Below are positions 1 through 8,056 of a stretch of 30,390 nucleotides of DNA, piece after piece. Source of the DNA: a virus (lineage: Duplodnaviria > Caudoviricetes); the IMG/VR virus record IMGVR_UViG_3300049782_000039, positions 1 to 30,390 of that record; one strand, written 5' to 3'. The translations under genes were made by a program, and so were the position numbers. Every line of letters begins with the position of its first letter. The first letter of the stretch is position 1. The notes beneath the pieces are model-generated. The model did no database searches. It worked only from the letters and a program-made list of their open reading frames with translations, and was not told the DNA's origin.

Positions 1-709
1 CGTCGAGCACGCCCTCGACGGGGGCGAGGCTGCGGCCGTAGCGGGTGAGGCGCAGGGCGAGCACATCATCGAACGGCGCCCTGCGCCGCCACATGAGCCC
101 GTACCGGTGCCGCAGCCGAGCCCGCTCGATCATCCGCTGCTGTTCGAGGGCGATCACCGCCTCGTACGAACGCAGCTCCCACAGCTTCATACGCCGCCAC
201 AGGCGGAACGTCGACCAGGGGTCGAGCAGCCACCGCGACAGCCGGACCGATTCCATATGCCGGGCGGCGCTGATGTCTGCGGCGATCCCGATCGCGTGCC
301 GTGCCGCCTCGACGACGACCACGAACAGAACGGGGATCACGGCGTGCATGCCGACGCCGATCGGGTCGGGCCACGCGGCCGCCCCGTTGAACGCGATTGT
401 CGCGGCGGTGAGCAGCCATGCCGTGTGGCGCAGCAGCGCGAGCGGCATGCGTAGCCATGTGAGCAGCAGGTCGAGGGCGAGCAGTACGAGGATCCCGGCG
501 TCGAGGCCGATCGGGAAGAGCAGCGCGAACGACCCGAAGTGCTTTGCTTCCGCGAGGGCGCGCACGGCGGTGTACGAGCCGACGAACCCGATCACGGCGA
601 TCACGGCGGCACCGACCGCTACGCCGGCGATGATGCGGCGCTGCAGGGCGGTGAGCTGTGGTCGGTCACGCTCGGGTGTGGTGTGACGCTCGCCGTTACT
701 ATCAGCCAC
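1..709 (-). CDS. DUF2637-like multi-pass membrane protein (runs off the window, 3' end missing)
   Basis: Translated by hand, absent from the ORF track: GTG at 709, MADSNGERHTT...VIAVIGFVGSYTAVRALA...FPIGLDAGILVLLALDLLLTWLRMPLALLRHTAWLLTAATIAFNGAAAWPDPIGVGMHAVIPVLFVVVVEAARH. About 4 hydrophobic segments, GC-rich third codon positions, no stop before base 1. Confidence 0.75.
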   Translation of the reverse strand, partial: MADSNGERHTTPERDRPQLTALQRRIIAGVAVGAAVIAVIGFVGSYTAVRALAEAKHFGSFALLFPIGLDAGILVLLALDLLLTWLRMPLALLRHTAWLLTAATIAFNGAAAWPDPIGVGMHAVIPVLFVVVVEAARHAIGIAADISAARHMESVRLSRWLLDPWSTFRLWRRMKLWELRSYEAVIALEQQRMIERARLRHRYGLMWRRRAPFDDVLALRLTRYGRSLAPVEGVLD

Positions 710-801
710 GGATCGGCCCTTTGCTCGACGGTTTGGGGCACGGTCCGCCCCGGCTGTATGGCGTGCCAGCGCCGGCCGGGGCATTCCGTTGTGCGGGTTC
801 G

Positions 802-848
802 ACCGTAGGTGAACCTGCTTTACAGTGTCAACAAGGTTAGGGCAGGAT
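802..848. promoter_or_regulatory. Divergent promoters with an imperfect palindrome (putative operator)
   Basis: Minus strand TTGACA(831-826)-N18-TACGGT(807-802); plus strand TTTACA(819-824)-N18-CAGGAT(843-848). Palindrome AACCTGCTTTACA-G-TGTCAACAAGGTT (812-838, 10/13 matches) covers both -35 boxes. Confidence 0.6.
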
Positions 849-854
849 GACGCC

Positions 855-1136
855 ATGCCAGAGCGGGAAGAACCGCAGTCGACGGGCGCGAGCGAGGAGG
901 AGCCGAGGTTGCTGAACATGTCGCAGCTCGCTGCCGAACTCGGCACGACGCGGCAGTCGATCCACGCATGGCGGCGGTCTCATGGCGACTTCCCCGCACC
1001 CCGCCGCCGCCCCGGCAGCACCCGCGACGAGTGGGATCTCGACGAGGTGCGCCGCTACTGGGAGGCGCGCGAGCTGCGCCCCGGTCACCGTACCGACCTG
1101 CGGCCCGGCGACGAGGGCGGCGAGCAGCCGACGTAG
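855..1136 (+). CDS. Small AlpA/excisionase-like HTH DNA-binding protein
   Basis: LLNMSQLAAELGTTRQSIHAWRRSHGDFPAP...WDLDEVRRYW matches the winged-HTH FPxP pattern. ATG 855 lies 6 nt after a -10 box. Confidence 0.8.
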   Translation: MPEREEPQSTGASEEEPRLLNMSQLAAELGTTRQSIHAWRRSHGDFPAPRRRPGSTRDEWDLDEVRRYWEARELRPGHRTDLRPGDEGGEQPT

Positions 1137-1148
1137 CCTGACGACGAG

Positions 1149-1180
1149 GAACCCCCCACCGCGGCCCCGGTGGGGGGTTC
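1149..1180 (+). terminator. Intrinsic terminator hairpin
   Basis: GAACCCCCCACCG / CGGTGGGGGGTTC, perfect 13-bp stem just after the HTH stop codon. Confidence 0.75.
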
Positions 1181-1242
1181 TCTCATGTCCGGACGGAGCG
1201 CCTCGCGCTGCGGTTCCTGGCGACCGGCCGGACCATGGGCGT

Positions 1243-1479
1243 ATGGATGAGCGCCGCGTGATCGTTCACCCGCCCTCGCCGGGCGGCGGCCGCCGGGTGC
1301 GCGTCGACGGCGAGGTCCTCGGGCTCGCGCACTCGCTCGTCGACGTCGCCGAGTTCCTGCGCCGTGCTGGCCTTGAGGGGGTCGAGGCGGCCGACGTTGC
1401 CGGGTTGTCCCTGATCGAGTGGCGCGGCGGGGATGCCGACGAGTGGGGCGAGGGCGGGGCGGCCGGGCCCGTAGGATGA
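1243..1479 (+). CDS. Small conserved-looking Streptomyces hypothetical protein
   Basis: MDERRVIVHPPSPGGGRRVRVDGEVLGLAHSLVDVAEFLRRAGL...IEWRGG; good codon bias; flanked by hairpins. Confidence 0.7.
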   Translation: MDERRVIVHPPSPGGGRRVRVDGEVLGLAHSLVDVAEFLRRAGLEGVEAADVAGLSLIEWRGGDADEWGEGGAAGPVG

Positions 1480-1482
1480 AAC

Positions 1483-1523
1483 GCGCAGCGCCCCCGCCAC
1501 TACCCTTGGCGGGGGCGCTGCGC
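1483..1523. terminator. Bidirectional terminator between convergent genes
   Basis: GCGCAGCGCCCCCGCCA / TGGCGGGGGCGCTGCGC, perfect 17-bp stem. Confidence 0.8.
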
Positions 1524-1538
1524 TGTGTGTGCGGGCTG

Positions 1539-2795
1539 TCAGGTGAGGCGGGCGGCGGGCACGACCAGCAGCAGCGAGTCGGCCGCGTGCGGGTCGCACA
1601 CCTCCCACGGGTTGTCGTCGCCGAGGTTCACGACCGGGCCGTCGTGATCGGCCATGGTGGCGCACGAGCCGCAGCCGTGCGTCGGGTCGTAGGTCATGGG
1701 GTGCGCGGTGTACTGGTCGTTGAAGTAGTCCGACCGCAGCATGCCGCCGCCGGTCCCGAACGAGGCGAGCACCGTGTCGCCGTCGGCGACCTCGGCCGCC
1801 TTCACGACCCGGGCGGCGGCGGGGTCGACGAGCAGCGGCGCGTGATCCTCGTCGTCGGGCAGCTCGGTCACGATCACGGGCAGCAGTTCGACGTCGACGC
1901 CCCGACGGGTACGGGCGGTCAAGTGGTGCTCGCGGATCGCGAGGGCGGCCGCTTCGAGGTTCCTGAAGTTGCCGTCGAGGTCGTGCTCGCGGCCGTCGTG
2001 CCCGATGATGCGAGCCTCGACCGGGCGGTCGGGCCACACGATCCCGCGCTCGATCCTGTCCTCGAACACGATCATGTATCCCTCGGCGTGCCAGGCGCCG
2101 ACCCACCCGTCGCGCTCTACGCTCGGGTATCCGTACTCCTCGCGCTCGGCGTCGGACACCGTGATGTCGTGGTACTGGCGCGGCAGAATCGTGATCACCC
2201 GCCGTGCCTGCAGCTTGTCCCGGGCGACCTCGAACGCCCGCTCGCGGGACTTCATGCCCGCGACGATGTTCGAGCGGGTCGCGGGGTCGACGCCGTCCTG
2301 CGGGGCGGGGTAGCACGCCCAGAAACCGGGCAGTTCGGTCGAGGCGGTGTTGAACACGTGGTACTCGCTGCCGCCGACGGAGAAGCGCGAGACGCCCTTG
2401 TCGTCGGGCTCGCCGAGCTGCGGCTCGCTGTCCTCGACCGCCTCGTCGCCGTCGGCTGCCTTGTCGTCCTCGATCGCCTCGCGGCTGTGCACGCCGTCGC
2501 ACTCCTCGCCCTGCTCGGCGCAGTCGCAGGGGCACGCGCAGCCGGTCACGGGGCGCACGAAGAACACGAACGCGTCGACGACGTGCTCGCCGACGAGCTC
2601 GGCGACGGTGGTGCACTCCGAGAGGCGGGCGTACAGCTCGTCGAACGGCGTCTCGTCCTCGACGTTCTCGGCCACGCCGGAGATGTCGCCTTCGAGCCAC
2701 GCGAAGATCTCGTCGAAGTCTTCGCCGATGCACTCGACGCGGTACTCGGGGGCGAGGCCGATCTCGTGGTGACCGACGTGGTAGCGAGTGTTCAT
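1539..2795 (-). CDS. Acidic multi-domain hypothetical protein (418 aa)
   Basis: ATG 2795 preceded by GGAAGGAA RBS; strong GC3 bias; Cys/His clusters CACPCDC..C..H and HGCGSC..C. Confidence 0.8.
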   Translation of the reverse strand: MNTRYHVGHHEIGLAPEYRVECIGEDFDEIFAWLEGDISGVAENVEDETPFDELYARLSECTTVAELVGEHVVDAFVFFVRPVTGCACPCDCAEQGEECDGVHSREAIEDDKAADGDEAVEDSEPQLGEPDDKGVSRFSVGGSEYHVFNTASTELPGFWACYPAPQDGVDPATRSNIVAGMKSRERAFEVARDKLQARRVITILPRQYHDITVSDAEREEYGYPSVERDGWVGAWHAEGYMIVFEDRIERGIVWPDRPVEARIIGHDGREHDLDGNFRNLEAAALAIREHHLTARTRRGVDVELLPVIVTELPDDEDHAPLLVDPAAARVVKAAEVADGDTVLASFGTGGGMLRSDYFNDQYTAHPMTYDPTHGCGSCATMADHDGPVVNLGDDNPWEVCDPHAADSLLLVVPAARLT

Positions 2796-2835
2796 GATCT
2801 TGGTTCCTTCCGTTGCTGCCGTCCTTGTGAGCACG

Positions 2836-2901
2836 AATTTATAGGGGCCTAGAAACGGATGTCAAGCCCCCTAGAAAACGATCAGTCGGCCGGCCTAGAA
2901 T
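2836..2901. promoter_or_regulatory. Divergent promoters with three CCTAGAA repeats
   Basis: Minus strand TTGACA(2865-2860)-N18-TAAATT(2841-2836); plus strand -10 TAGAAT(2896-2901) 7 nt before ATG 2909; CCTAGAA at 2848, 2870 and 2894. Confidence 0.65.
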
Positions 2902-2908
2902 CCGAGCC

Positions 2909-3202
2909 ATGGAGACGCCCCAGCACACCGAGACCGGCGCGGCCGGTACCGCCGACCCGCGCACCCCGGCGCAGCTCTTCGAGGCGGCCGCAGCCCTCGC
3001 CCTCGATCCGGCACTGTCGCCGGTCGAGCGTGCCGCCCGGATCACGGCCCTGCTTAAGGCGGTTGACGACCGGCAGAAGGAACTCACGGAGACGCGCCGC
3101 ACCGACGTGCGCGAGCTGCGCAAGACGATGACGCTCGCGAAAGTCGGCGACTCCATCGGGCTGTCCGTTCCGCGGGTCGACCAGATCGCCAAGGGAAAGT
3201 AG
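2909..3202 (+). CDS. Small protein with C-terminal HTH (putative autorepressor)
   Basis: Helical N-terminus followed by MTLAKVGDSIGLSVPRVDQIAKGK HTH. Confidence 0.8.
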   Translation: METPQHTETGAAGTADPRTPAQLFEAAAALALDPALSPVERAARITALLKAVDDRQKELTETRRTDVRELRKTMTLAKVGDSIGLSVPRVDQIAKGK

Positions 3203-3230
3203 CCGGCTGCACCGACAACCGAGCCGGCCC

Positions 3231-3260
3231 GCCGCCGCGCCCACGATGGGGCGCGGCGGC
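3231..3260. terminator. Bidirectional terminator hairpin
   Basis: GCCGCCGCGCCC / GGGCGCGGCGGC, 12-bp stem between convergent stops at 3202 and 3270. Confidence 0.7.
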
Positions 3261-3269
3261 GTTCCCATG

Positions 3270-4223
3270 TCAGGCAGCCCGCGCGCGAGCCCGCTCGGCT
3301 CGCTTCTGGTCCCGCCGCCGACGACGGCGCGCCGCCTCGTCGAGCTCGTGCTGCAGCCGGGCGAGCTGCTCGGGTGTCGACCAGGTGCGGCGGCCGCCCT
3401 TGAGCCCGACCGGCGCCGAGCAGTCCGGGCCGGCACAGACGACGACGTCGTCGAGCCCGCCGCCGCGGTGCAGGGTCAACTCGTCGCCGCAGTACGGGCA
3501 CGGCCGACCGTCCATGACGACCGCGTGCCGCTCGCCGACCCCGCCGATCGTCCGCTCGATACGGCGCGCAGCCTCCCGGGCGACGAGCGCGATCTGCACA
3601 CGGTGGTGCTCGAGCAGCGGCATGCACGGGCCCTCGTCGCCGCGGAGCCGGCCGAGCAGCCACTCGGCGGCACGCACGGCGCTGCGCTCACCCATCGTGT
3701 AATGCCACCGGGCGGGGTCGGCCTCGTCGCGGGCGGCGAGCATGGCGAGCTGCAGCCCGACCGGGTCGCCGGGGATCGACCGGCGCAAAGCCTTGACGGT
3801 GTCGCGCTGGATGTCGGCGGCGACCTGGTCGGCGAGCGAGCAGAGCGCGGTCTCGACGGCGCGGCACGCGTCGACGACGTGCAGGCGCAGCGGCACGGGG
3901 CGCTCGCCGAGCTTGTGCGGGTCGCGGTCGCCGCGCGGGAGGTGCGCGCGGCCCTCGCCGACGTAGTCGCAGCGGGCGCACTCGTACTGCACGCGGCCGT
4001 GCTCGTCGATGCGGGTGACGAGCTGCTGCGCGTGCTGCAGCAGTTCGGCCGTCTCGTCGCGGTCGTGGTCGTCGAGGGCGCGCATGTACTCGGCGCGGCC
4101 CATGGCGGGCGGCCACGTGTCGGCGGTCTGTGTGGTGTCGACGAGGGCGCGCATGTGGGTCCAGTGGTCGACGACGATCTGCAGGTCGTCGAGGGCGGTG
4201 CGGGTGCGGGCGGTGTGCTGCAT
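3270..4223 (-). CDS. Zn-ribbon protein, putative late-gene activator/antiterminator
   Basis: AGGAG RBS; CPYCG...VVC..PDC ribbon; last gene of the early operon, the usual slot for late regulators. Function is inferred from position. Confidence 0.6.
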   Translation of the reverse strand: MQHTARTRTALDDLQIVVDHWTHMRALVDTTQTADTWPPAMGRAEYMRALDDHDRDETAELLQHAQQLVTRIDEHGRVQYECARCDYVGEGRAHLPRGDRDPHKLGERPVPLRLHVVDACRAVETALCSLADQVAADIQRDTVKALRRSIPGDPVGLQLAMLAARDEADPARWHYTMGERSAVRAAEWLLGRLRGDEGPCMPLLEHHRVQIALVAREAARRIERTIGGVGERHAVVMDGRPCPYCGDELTLHRGGGLDDVVVCAGPDCSAPVGLKGGRRTWSTPEQLARLQHELDEAARRRRRRDQKRAERARARAA

Positions 4224-4273
4224 GGTTGGCGCTCCTGTGGTGCGTGGGGCGTAGGCTGATCACACCGCGAGGG

Positions 4274-4319
4274 GTGGCGAGGGCGCCCGGTGCTTGCCGG
4301 CGATAGGGCGCCCCGCCGC
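4274..4319 (-). promoter_or_regulatory. Intergenic stem-loop with CGGCAAGCA loop motif
   Basis: GGGCGCCC arms at 4281-4288 and 4306-4313 with extended flanking pairing; loop motif resembles 17253-17290. Confidence 0.45.
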
Positions 4320-4322
4320 TGA

Positions 4323-4496
4323 TCACTTCCGCTTACGTCGGGCCCTTGCGAGCGCTCGGCGGGTTGCCCGGTTCGGCGGGGCGAGGTCGGCGGCGTCGTC
4401 GTCGACGACGGTCTCGGTACGGGCGATTACGTGTTGCCACGTGACGCCCGGGCGCGGCGTGTGCTCGCCGCGCGGGTTGCTGGTCGGGCCGGTCAT
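4323..4496 (-). CDS. 57-aa protein with basic C-terminus
   Basis: Read by hand: MTGPTSNPRGEHTPRPGVTWQHVIARTETVVDDDAADLAPPNRATRRALARARRKRK; GAGGAAG RBS; fills the gap in the operon. Confidence 0.65.
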   Translation of the reverse strand: MTGPTSNPRGEHTPRPGVTWQHVIARTETVVDDDAADLAPPNRATRRALARARRKRK

Positions 4497-4529
4497 ACGA
4501 CTTCCTCACGGGCTGTCTGGGTAGCGGGG

Positions 4530-4745
4530 TCAAAGGGTCGGCAGCACGTCGTGCACGGGGCGGCCGATCGCGAACGGCTTGCGGCGGCGGGTGGCCGGGG
4601 TCGCGTAGCCGGCGAGCGGGTTGATCGGGCCGTGCAGCCAGTCGAGGGCGTCGGCGAGTTCGTCGTCGGTGAGCTCGTCGCCGGGCTCGTCGTACTCGTC
4701 GTCGAGAGTGGCCTCGTCGACGTCGTACGGCTCGGGCTCGCTCAT
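4530..4745 (-). CDS. 71-aa highly acidic protein
   Basis: MSEPEPYDVDEATLDDEYDEPGDELTDDELADALDW...; ATGA overlap with the upstream stop. Confidence 0.7.
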   Translation of the reverse strand: MSEPEPYDVDEATLDDEYDEPGDELTDDELADALDWLHGPINPLAGYATPATRRRKPFAIGRPVHDVLPTL

Positions 4746-5320
4746 GCCGCCTCGCCGCTGCCGACGACCAGCCACGGGGCGAGCGCGCCGAGGACGACGT
4801 CGATGCGGCCGTCGGTGCGGTCGGCGCCACACCGGCACGGTGTCGTCCGCTCGCACTTCGGGCACGGCACGGGGCGGCGCAGCGCGTGGTCGAGGACGCG
4901 CCGCACGACGAGCGGGGCAGCCGTGCCGGTACCGGCCGCGGACCCGGTGTGCGGCTCGTCGTCCTGGTCGAGGAACACGACCTCGGTCGCGCCCTGGTGG
5001 CCATGGATGGACTCGACGGACACGCGGCCGCGATCCCAGAAGACGACGCTCGGGTGTTCGCCGCGCCACCGAATGGACGCGGTTCCGTCGGGCCACAGCA
5101 CGCCGTCGGCGACGTCGCCGAGCCCGCTGATCCCGGATATGTCGCGGCGGCGGCGCAGGACGAACCGTCGTGGCGCGAGCTGCTGCTCGGGTCGGACGAC
5201 GGCCCGGCCCGTGAGTTCGCGGGCAGCCTGGTCGACGAGCGCCTGCGCGGCGGCCGGGTCGGTGTGGCGGCGGGCGAATGCGAGCAGCGCCTCGACGGCG
5301 GTCATCGGCTGGTCACTCAT
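4742..5320 (-). CDS. Hypothetical phage protein
   Basis: Contains RFVLRRRRDISGISGLGDVADGVLWPDG...IHGHQGATEVVF, a segment type common in actinophages, plus C-terminal CPKC..CRC; coupled by 4-bp overlaps. Confidence 0.75.
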   Translation of the reverse strand: MSDQPMTAVEALLAFARRHTDPAAAQALVDQAARELTGRAVVRPEQQLAPRRFVLRRRRDISGISGLGDVADGVLWPDGTASIRWRGEHPSVVFWDRGRVSVESIHGHQGATEVVFLDQDDEPHTGSAAGTGTAAPLVVRRVLDHALRRPVPCPKCERTTPCRCGADRTDGRIDVVLGALAPWLVVGSGEAA

Positions 5321-5541
5321 GCTGCTGTCTCCCTGGTCTGTCGATAGCGGCTGTTCACGCCGTATCCGTGCGCCTTGTCGATCTCGGCAACGGCGGCCGT
5401 GAGTTCGGCGAGGTGCCGCGCGGCGGCCGGATCAGGCACGGGGCGTTGCGGCCGGCGGCCGCGGGTTCGGCGGGGGCGGGCGCCGCCGAACGTGCCGTCT
5501 GGCACGGTCTCGGCGAGCAGCCGGTCGGTGTGCAGCTTCAC
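5317..5541 (-). CDS. Hypothetical protein (74 aa)
   Basis: GTGA/ATGA overlaps on both sides; AAGGGAG RBS. Confidence 0.65.
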   Translation of the reverse strand: MKLHTDRLLAETVPDGTFGGARPRRTRGRRPQRPVPDPAAARHLAELTAAVAEIDKAHGYGVNSRYRQTRETAA

Positions 5542-6191
5542 GACTCGTCTCCCTTGCTGTCGGCGGTCTGCGCCGCGTCGTACGCGTCACGGCGTGAGGG
5601 GTGCGTGCCGGTCATCTCGCGGTTGCGGTGCGTCGTTCGGCACGGGCGGCCGGGCGAGGCGCCGCACGCCGGGCAGTGCACGGCCCGCTCGGGCGGACCG
5701 GCCGGCCGCTCGCGGCGCGGGAACCGGGTCGCTTTCGCCGTGCGGAACTCGTCGTTGGCGGGCACGAGCTCGGCGATCCGGCCGCCGCCGAGCGTGCTGC
5801 CCACAGCGGGCATGAGCTCGGCCACGGCGACCGGCTGCACGTCGCCGCCGGCGATCGCCTCGTGCCGCTCGCGCAGCGCCCGCACATAGCCGACGGTGTC
5901 GTCGGGGTCGAGGTGCGGGTGATCGGTCGGCTCGAACGTGCCGAGCGACCGGCCGACCCGGTTGCGCACCTGGTCGCGCCACCGGGTCGCAATGTCCTTC
6001 GGCATGATCGGCCACGCCGACTCGGCGTAGTGGCGGCCGACCGCCTCGCCGGCGAACTGCAGGGGCACGTCGCGGAGTACGGCGGCCCACATGGCGACCT
6101 GCGCCTCTTGCTCGGCCTCGTCGGCTCGCACGACCCGGTCGTCGACCAGGGCGATCCGTTCGAGTAGGTCGATGACCTCGTCGACCATCAT
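5538..6191 (-). CDS. Putative helicase loader/inhibitor-like protein with C-terminal Zn finger
   Basis: MMVDEVIDLLERIALVDDR...WAAVLRDVPLQFAGEAVGRHY...IMPKDI plus CPACGA..G.PC...HPSR; directly follows the initiator with an ATGA overlap. Confidence 0.65.
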   Translation of the reverse strand: MMVDEVIDLLERIALVDDRVVRADEAEQEAQVAMWAAVLRDVPLQFAGEAVGRHYAESAWPIMPKDIATRWRDQVRNRVGRSLGTFEPTDHPHLDPDDTVGYVRALRERHEAIAGGDVQPVAVAELMPAVGSTLGGGRIAELVPANDEFRTAKATRFPRRERPAGPPERAVHCPACGASPGRPCRTTHRNREMTGTHPSRRDAYDAAQTADSKGDES

Positions 6192-6949
6192 GCGGTGTCT
6201 CCGTTCATGCGGCCGCGCAGCCGGTCGAGGCCGGCCCGCTGCTGTTGGCTCTTGGTCATGGCGCCGGGCAGCCGTACGACGTTGCTGCCGGGCTCGACAG
6301 CCGGCGCGGTGCGCTCGTTCTCGACCCACTGCTGCCAGCGGCCGCCCCACGCGGGCGCCCGCACCTGGTCGTCGAGCTGCCTGCGCACGAACTTGCGGGT
6401 CACGGCGTCGAGTTGCTGCGGGGTGAGCTGCGGCAGTCTGGCGTCGGCGCGGGCGAGCTGCGCCGCCTCGACGTCCTCGTCGCTCGGCTGCCAGTCGGCG
6501 GGGATCGTCCGCGCCTCGTTACGCGGCGCACGAGGCGGAGCCGGCGGGCGGTCGTCGGCGGGCTCGCCGAGGGGGAGCTGCCCAGCCTGCGCGGCGCGCT
6601 GCTGCCGCTTCTTCTCGGCCGCCCGGTCCCGCTTCCGCTCGACCTCGTCCCGCGTCGGGTTGTACGGGGCGAGGTAGTCGTGCATGTAGTAGTCGCCGGG
6701 CGCCGGCTGTGCGCACTTCGGGTGCGGGCACGTGTGGCCGTGCTCGTGCCACAGCCCGGCCTCGACCAGCCGGCGCACCTGCGCCGGGGTGCCCTTGCAC
6801 ATGTGGACGACGGCGCCGGGCACGATCCCGTCGGTCAGATGCTGCGCCGCATACGCGCCGCAGCGCAGCCACAGCCCGAGCGCCGCGTTACCGGCGGCGA
6901 CGAGTTTCGGGTGTGACCATGCGTTGTCGTCAACGGCGAACCATGCCAT
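6188..6949 (-). CDS. Actinophage RepA-like replication initiator
   Basis: MAWFAVDDNAWSHPKL...ALGLW...LTDG...LVEAGLW...MHDY N-terminal family signature; C-terminal IPADWQP...W..W domain; AGGAG RBS. Confidence 0.75.
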   Translation of the reverse strand: MAWFAVDDNAWSHPKLVAAGNAALGLWLRCGAYAAQHLTDGIVPGAVVHMCKGTPAQVRRLVEAGLWHEHGHTCPHPKCAQPAPGDYYMHDYLAPYNPTRDEVERKRDRAAEKKRQQRAAQAGQLPLGEPADDRPPAPPRAPRNEARTIPADWQPSDEDVEAAQLARADARLPQLTPQQLDAVTRKFVRRQLDDQVRAPAWGGRWQQWVENERTAPAVEPGSNVVRLPGAMTKSQQQRAGLDRLRGRMNGDTA

Positions 6950-6964
6950 CGGGGGGACTCCTGA

Positions 6965-7321
6965 TCAGAGCGAGAGCTGCCCGGCGGGTACGGGCGTCGG
7001 CTTGCGTTTGCGTCGCGCGGGCAGTCGCGCGGGTACCGCCGGGGCGGTGCACTGGTGGTCGATCACGTGCGGGCGGAGGCAGTCCGCCGGGTGGTTGCGG
7101 CGGTCGACCCACGCGAGGTCGGGCCCGTCCTTACGGCGCCGCACACACCAGTCGAGCCGGTTCGGCTCGCGCAGCATCGCGGCCGCCGCCGCGGTCAACT
7201 CGTCGGCGTCGGCGGTCACATCGAGCGCCGCCCGGTTGCCGACGAGCTGCCGCAGTACGGTGCGGCCGCAGCGGCAGCGCACTCGGCGTGCGCCGCTGCT
7301 GCTGCTCGGTGGGCGTGTCAC
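6965..7321 (-). CDS. Hypothetical Cys/His protein
   Basis: CRCG...HVIDHQC; GTGA overlap; ends GQLSL. Confidence 0.7.
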   Translation of the reverse strand: MTRPPSSSSGARRVRCRCGRTVLRQLVGNRAALDVTADADELTAAAAAMLREPNRLDWCVRRRKDGPDLAWVDRRNHPADCLRPHVIDHQCTAPAVPARLPARRKRKPTPVPAGQLSL

Positions 7322-7773
7322 CCGTGCTGCTCGATCCGGCTGCGACGCTCACGACCGCGGCGCGCTTCCTGCCGTGCCTTGTGGTGCTCGTACTCGTCTT
7401 CGGTCGGGTGAGCGGCGAGCGCCTCGGCGACCGCCCGCTCGGCGTCGTGCGTGCCGGGCCCGAGCTCGTCGAGGGTGTCGTGCATCTTCCGCTTGCGCAT
7501 CATCGCCCGCGCCACTTCGAGCACGAGCCGCGCCTGTTCGTGGTCCTGCGCCGCCTCGGCGGTCGTGATCCTGAGCTTCACCTGCGGCGCCTTGTCCTCG
7601 CTCGACGCGTGGCCGGTGTAGGTGACGCTCGCGAGCTCGACGATCGCTATCACCCGCATGCCGGGGTGCTCGAACAGTCCGCGGCGCTGCTCGTCGGTGA
7701 GGGACTGTTCGAGCAGTCCGGCGGCGCTGTCGAGCTTGACCTCGACGTGCGCATCCTTGTCGATCTTCGGCAT
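7318..7773 (-). CDS. Hypothetical protein (151 aa)
   Basis: GGAGGAAG RBS; good codon bias. Confidence 0.75.
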   Translation of the reverse strand: MPKIDKDAHVEVKLDSAAGLLEQSLTDEQRRGLFEHPGMRVIAIVELASVTYTGHASSEDKAPQVKLRITTAEAAQDHEQARLVLEVARAMMRKRKMHDTLDELGPGTHDAERAVAEALAAHPTEDEYEHHKARQEARRGRERRSRIEQHG

Positions 7774-7777
7774 TGGG

Positions 7778-8056
7778 TTACTTCCTCCGTCGCTTGTTGA
7801 GGGACTGCTGCAGGGCGGCGTAATGGCGGGCGGCCGCCGCGCGTACTTCGGGGATCGGGCACTCGTCGCGCTGGTGGCGGCCGAACCGGATCACGAGCGT
7901 CTCGACCTCGGTGTGTCCGACGGCGTCCTCGGCGTGCCCACACGGGCAACTGAAATCGGCGGCCGCGAGGTCTTTCGCCTTGCTGTCGAACCGGACGCGC
8001 AGCCCGTAGCCAGGCCACAGCCGGCCCTCGCAGATCGTCGGCGCGAGCCCGCTCAC
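7778..8056 (-). CDS. Small hypothetical protein with CPCGH/H..C motif
   Basis: GTGA overlap with the MTase stop; operon continuity. Confidence 0.7.
   Translation of the reverse strand: MSGLAPTICEGRLWPGYGLRVRFDSKAKDLAAADFSCPCGHAEDAVGHTEVETLVIRFGRHQRDECPIPEVRAAAARHYAALQQSLNKRRRK

Noticed and set aside
855-1136. Calling this protein the excisionase
   Set aside because: The integrase is a serine recombinase, the gene is far from attP, and it sits in its own divergent module.
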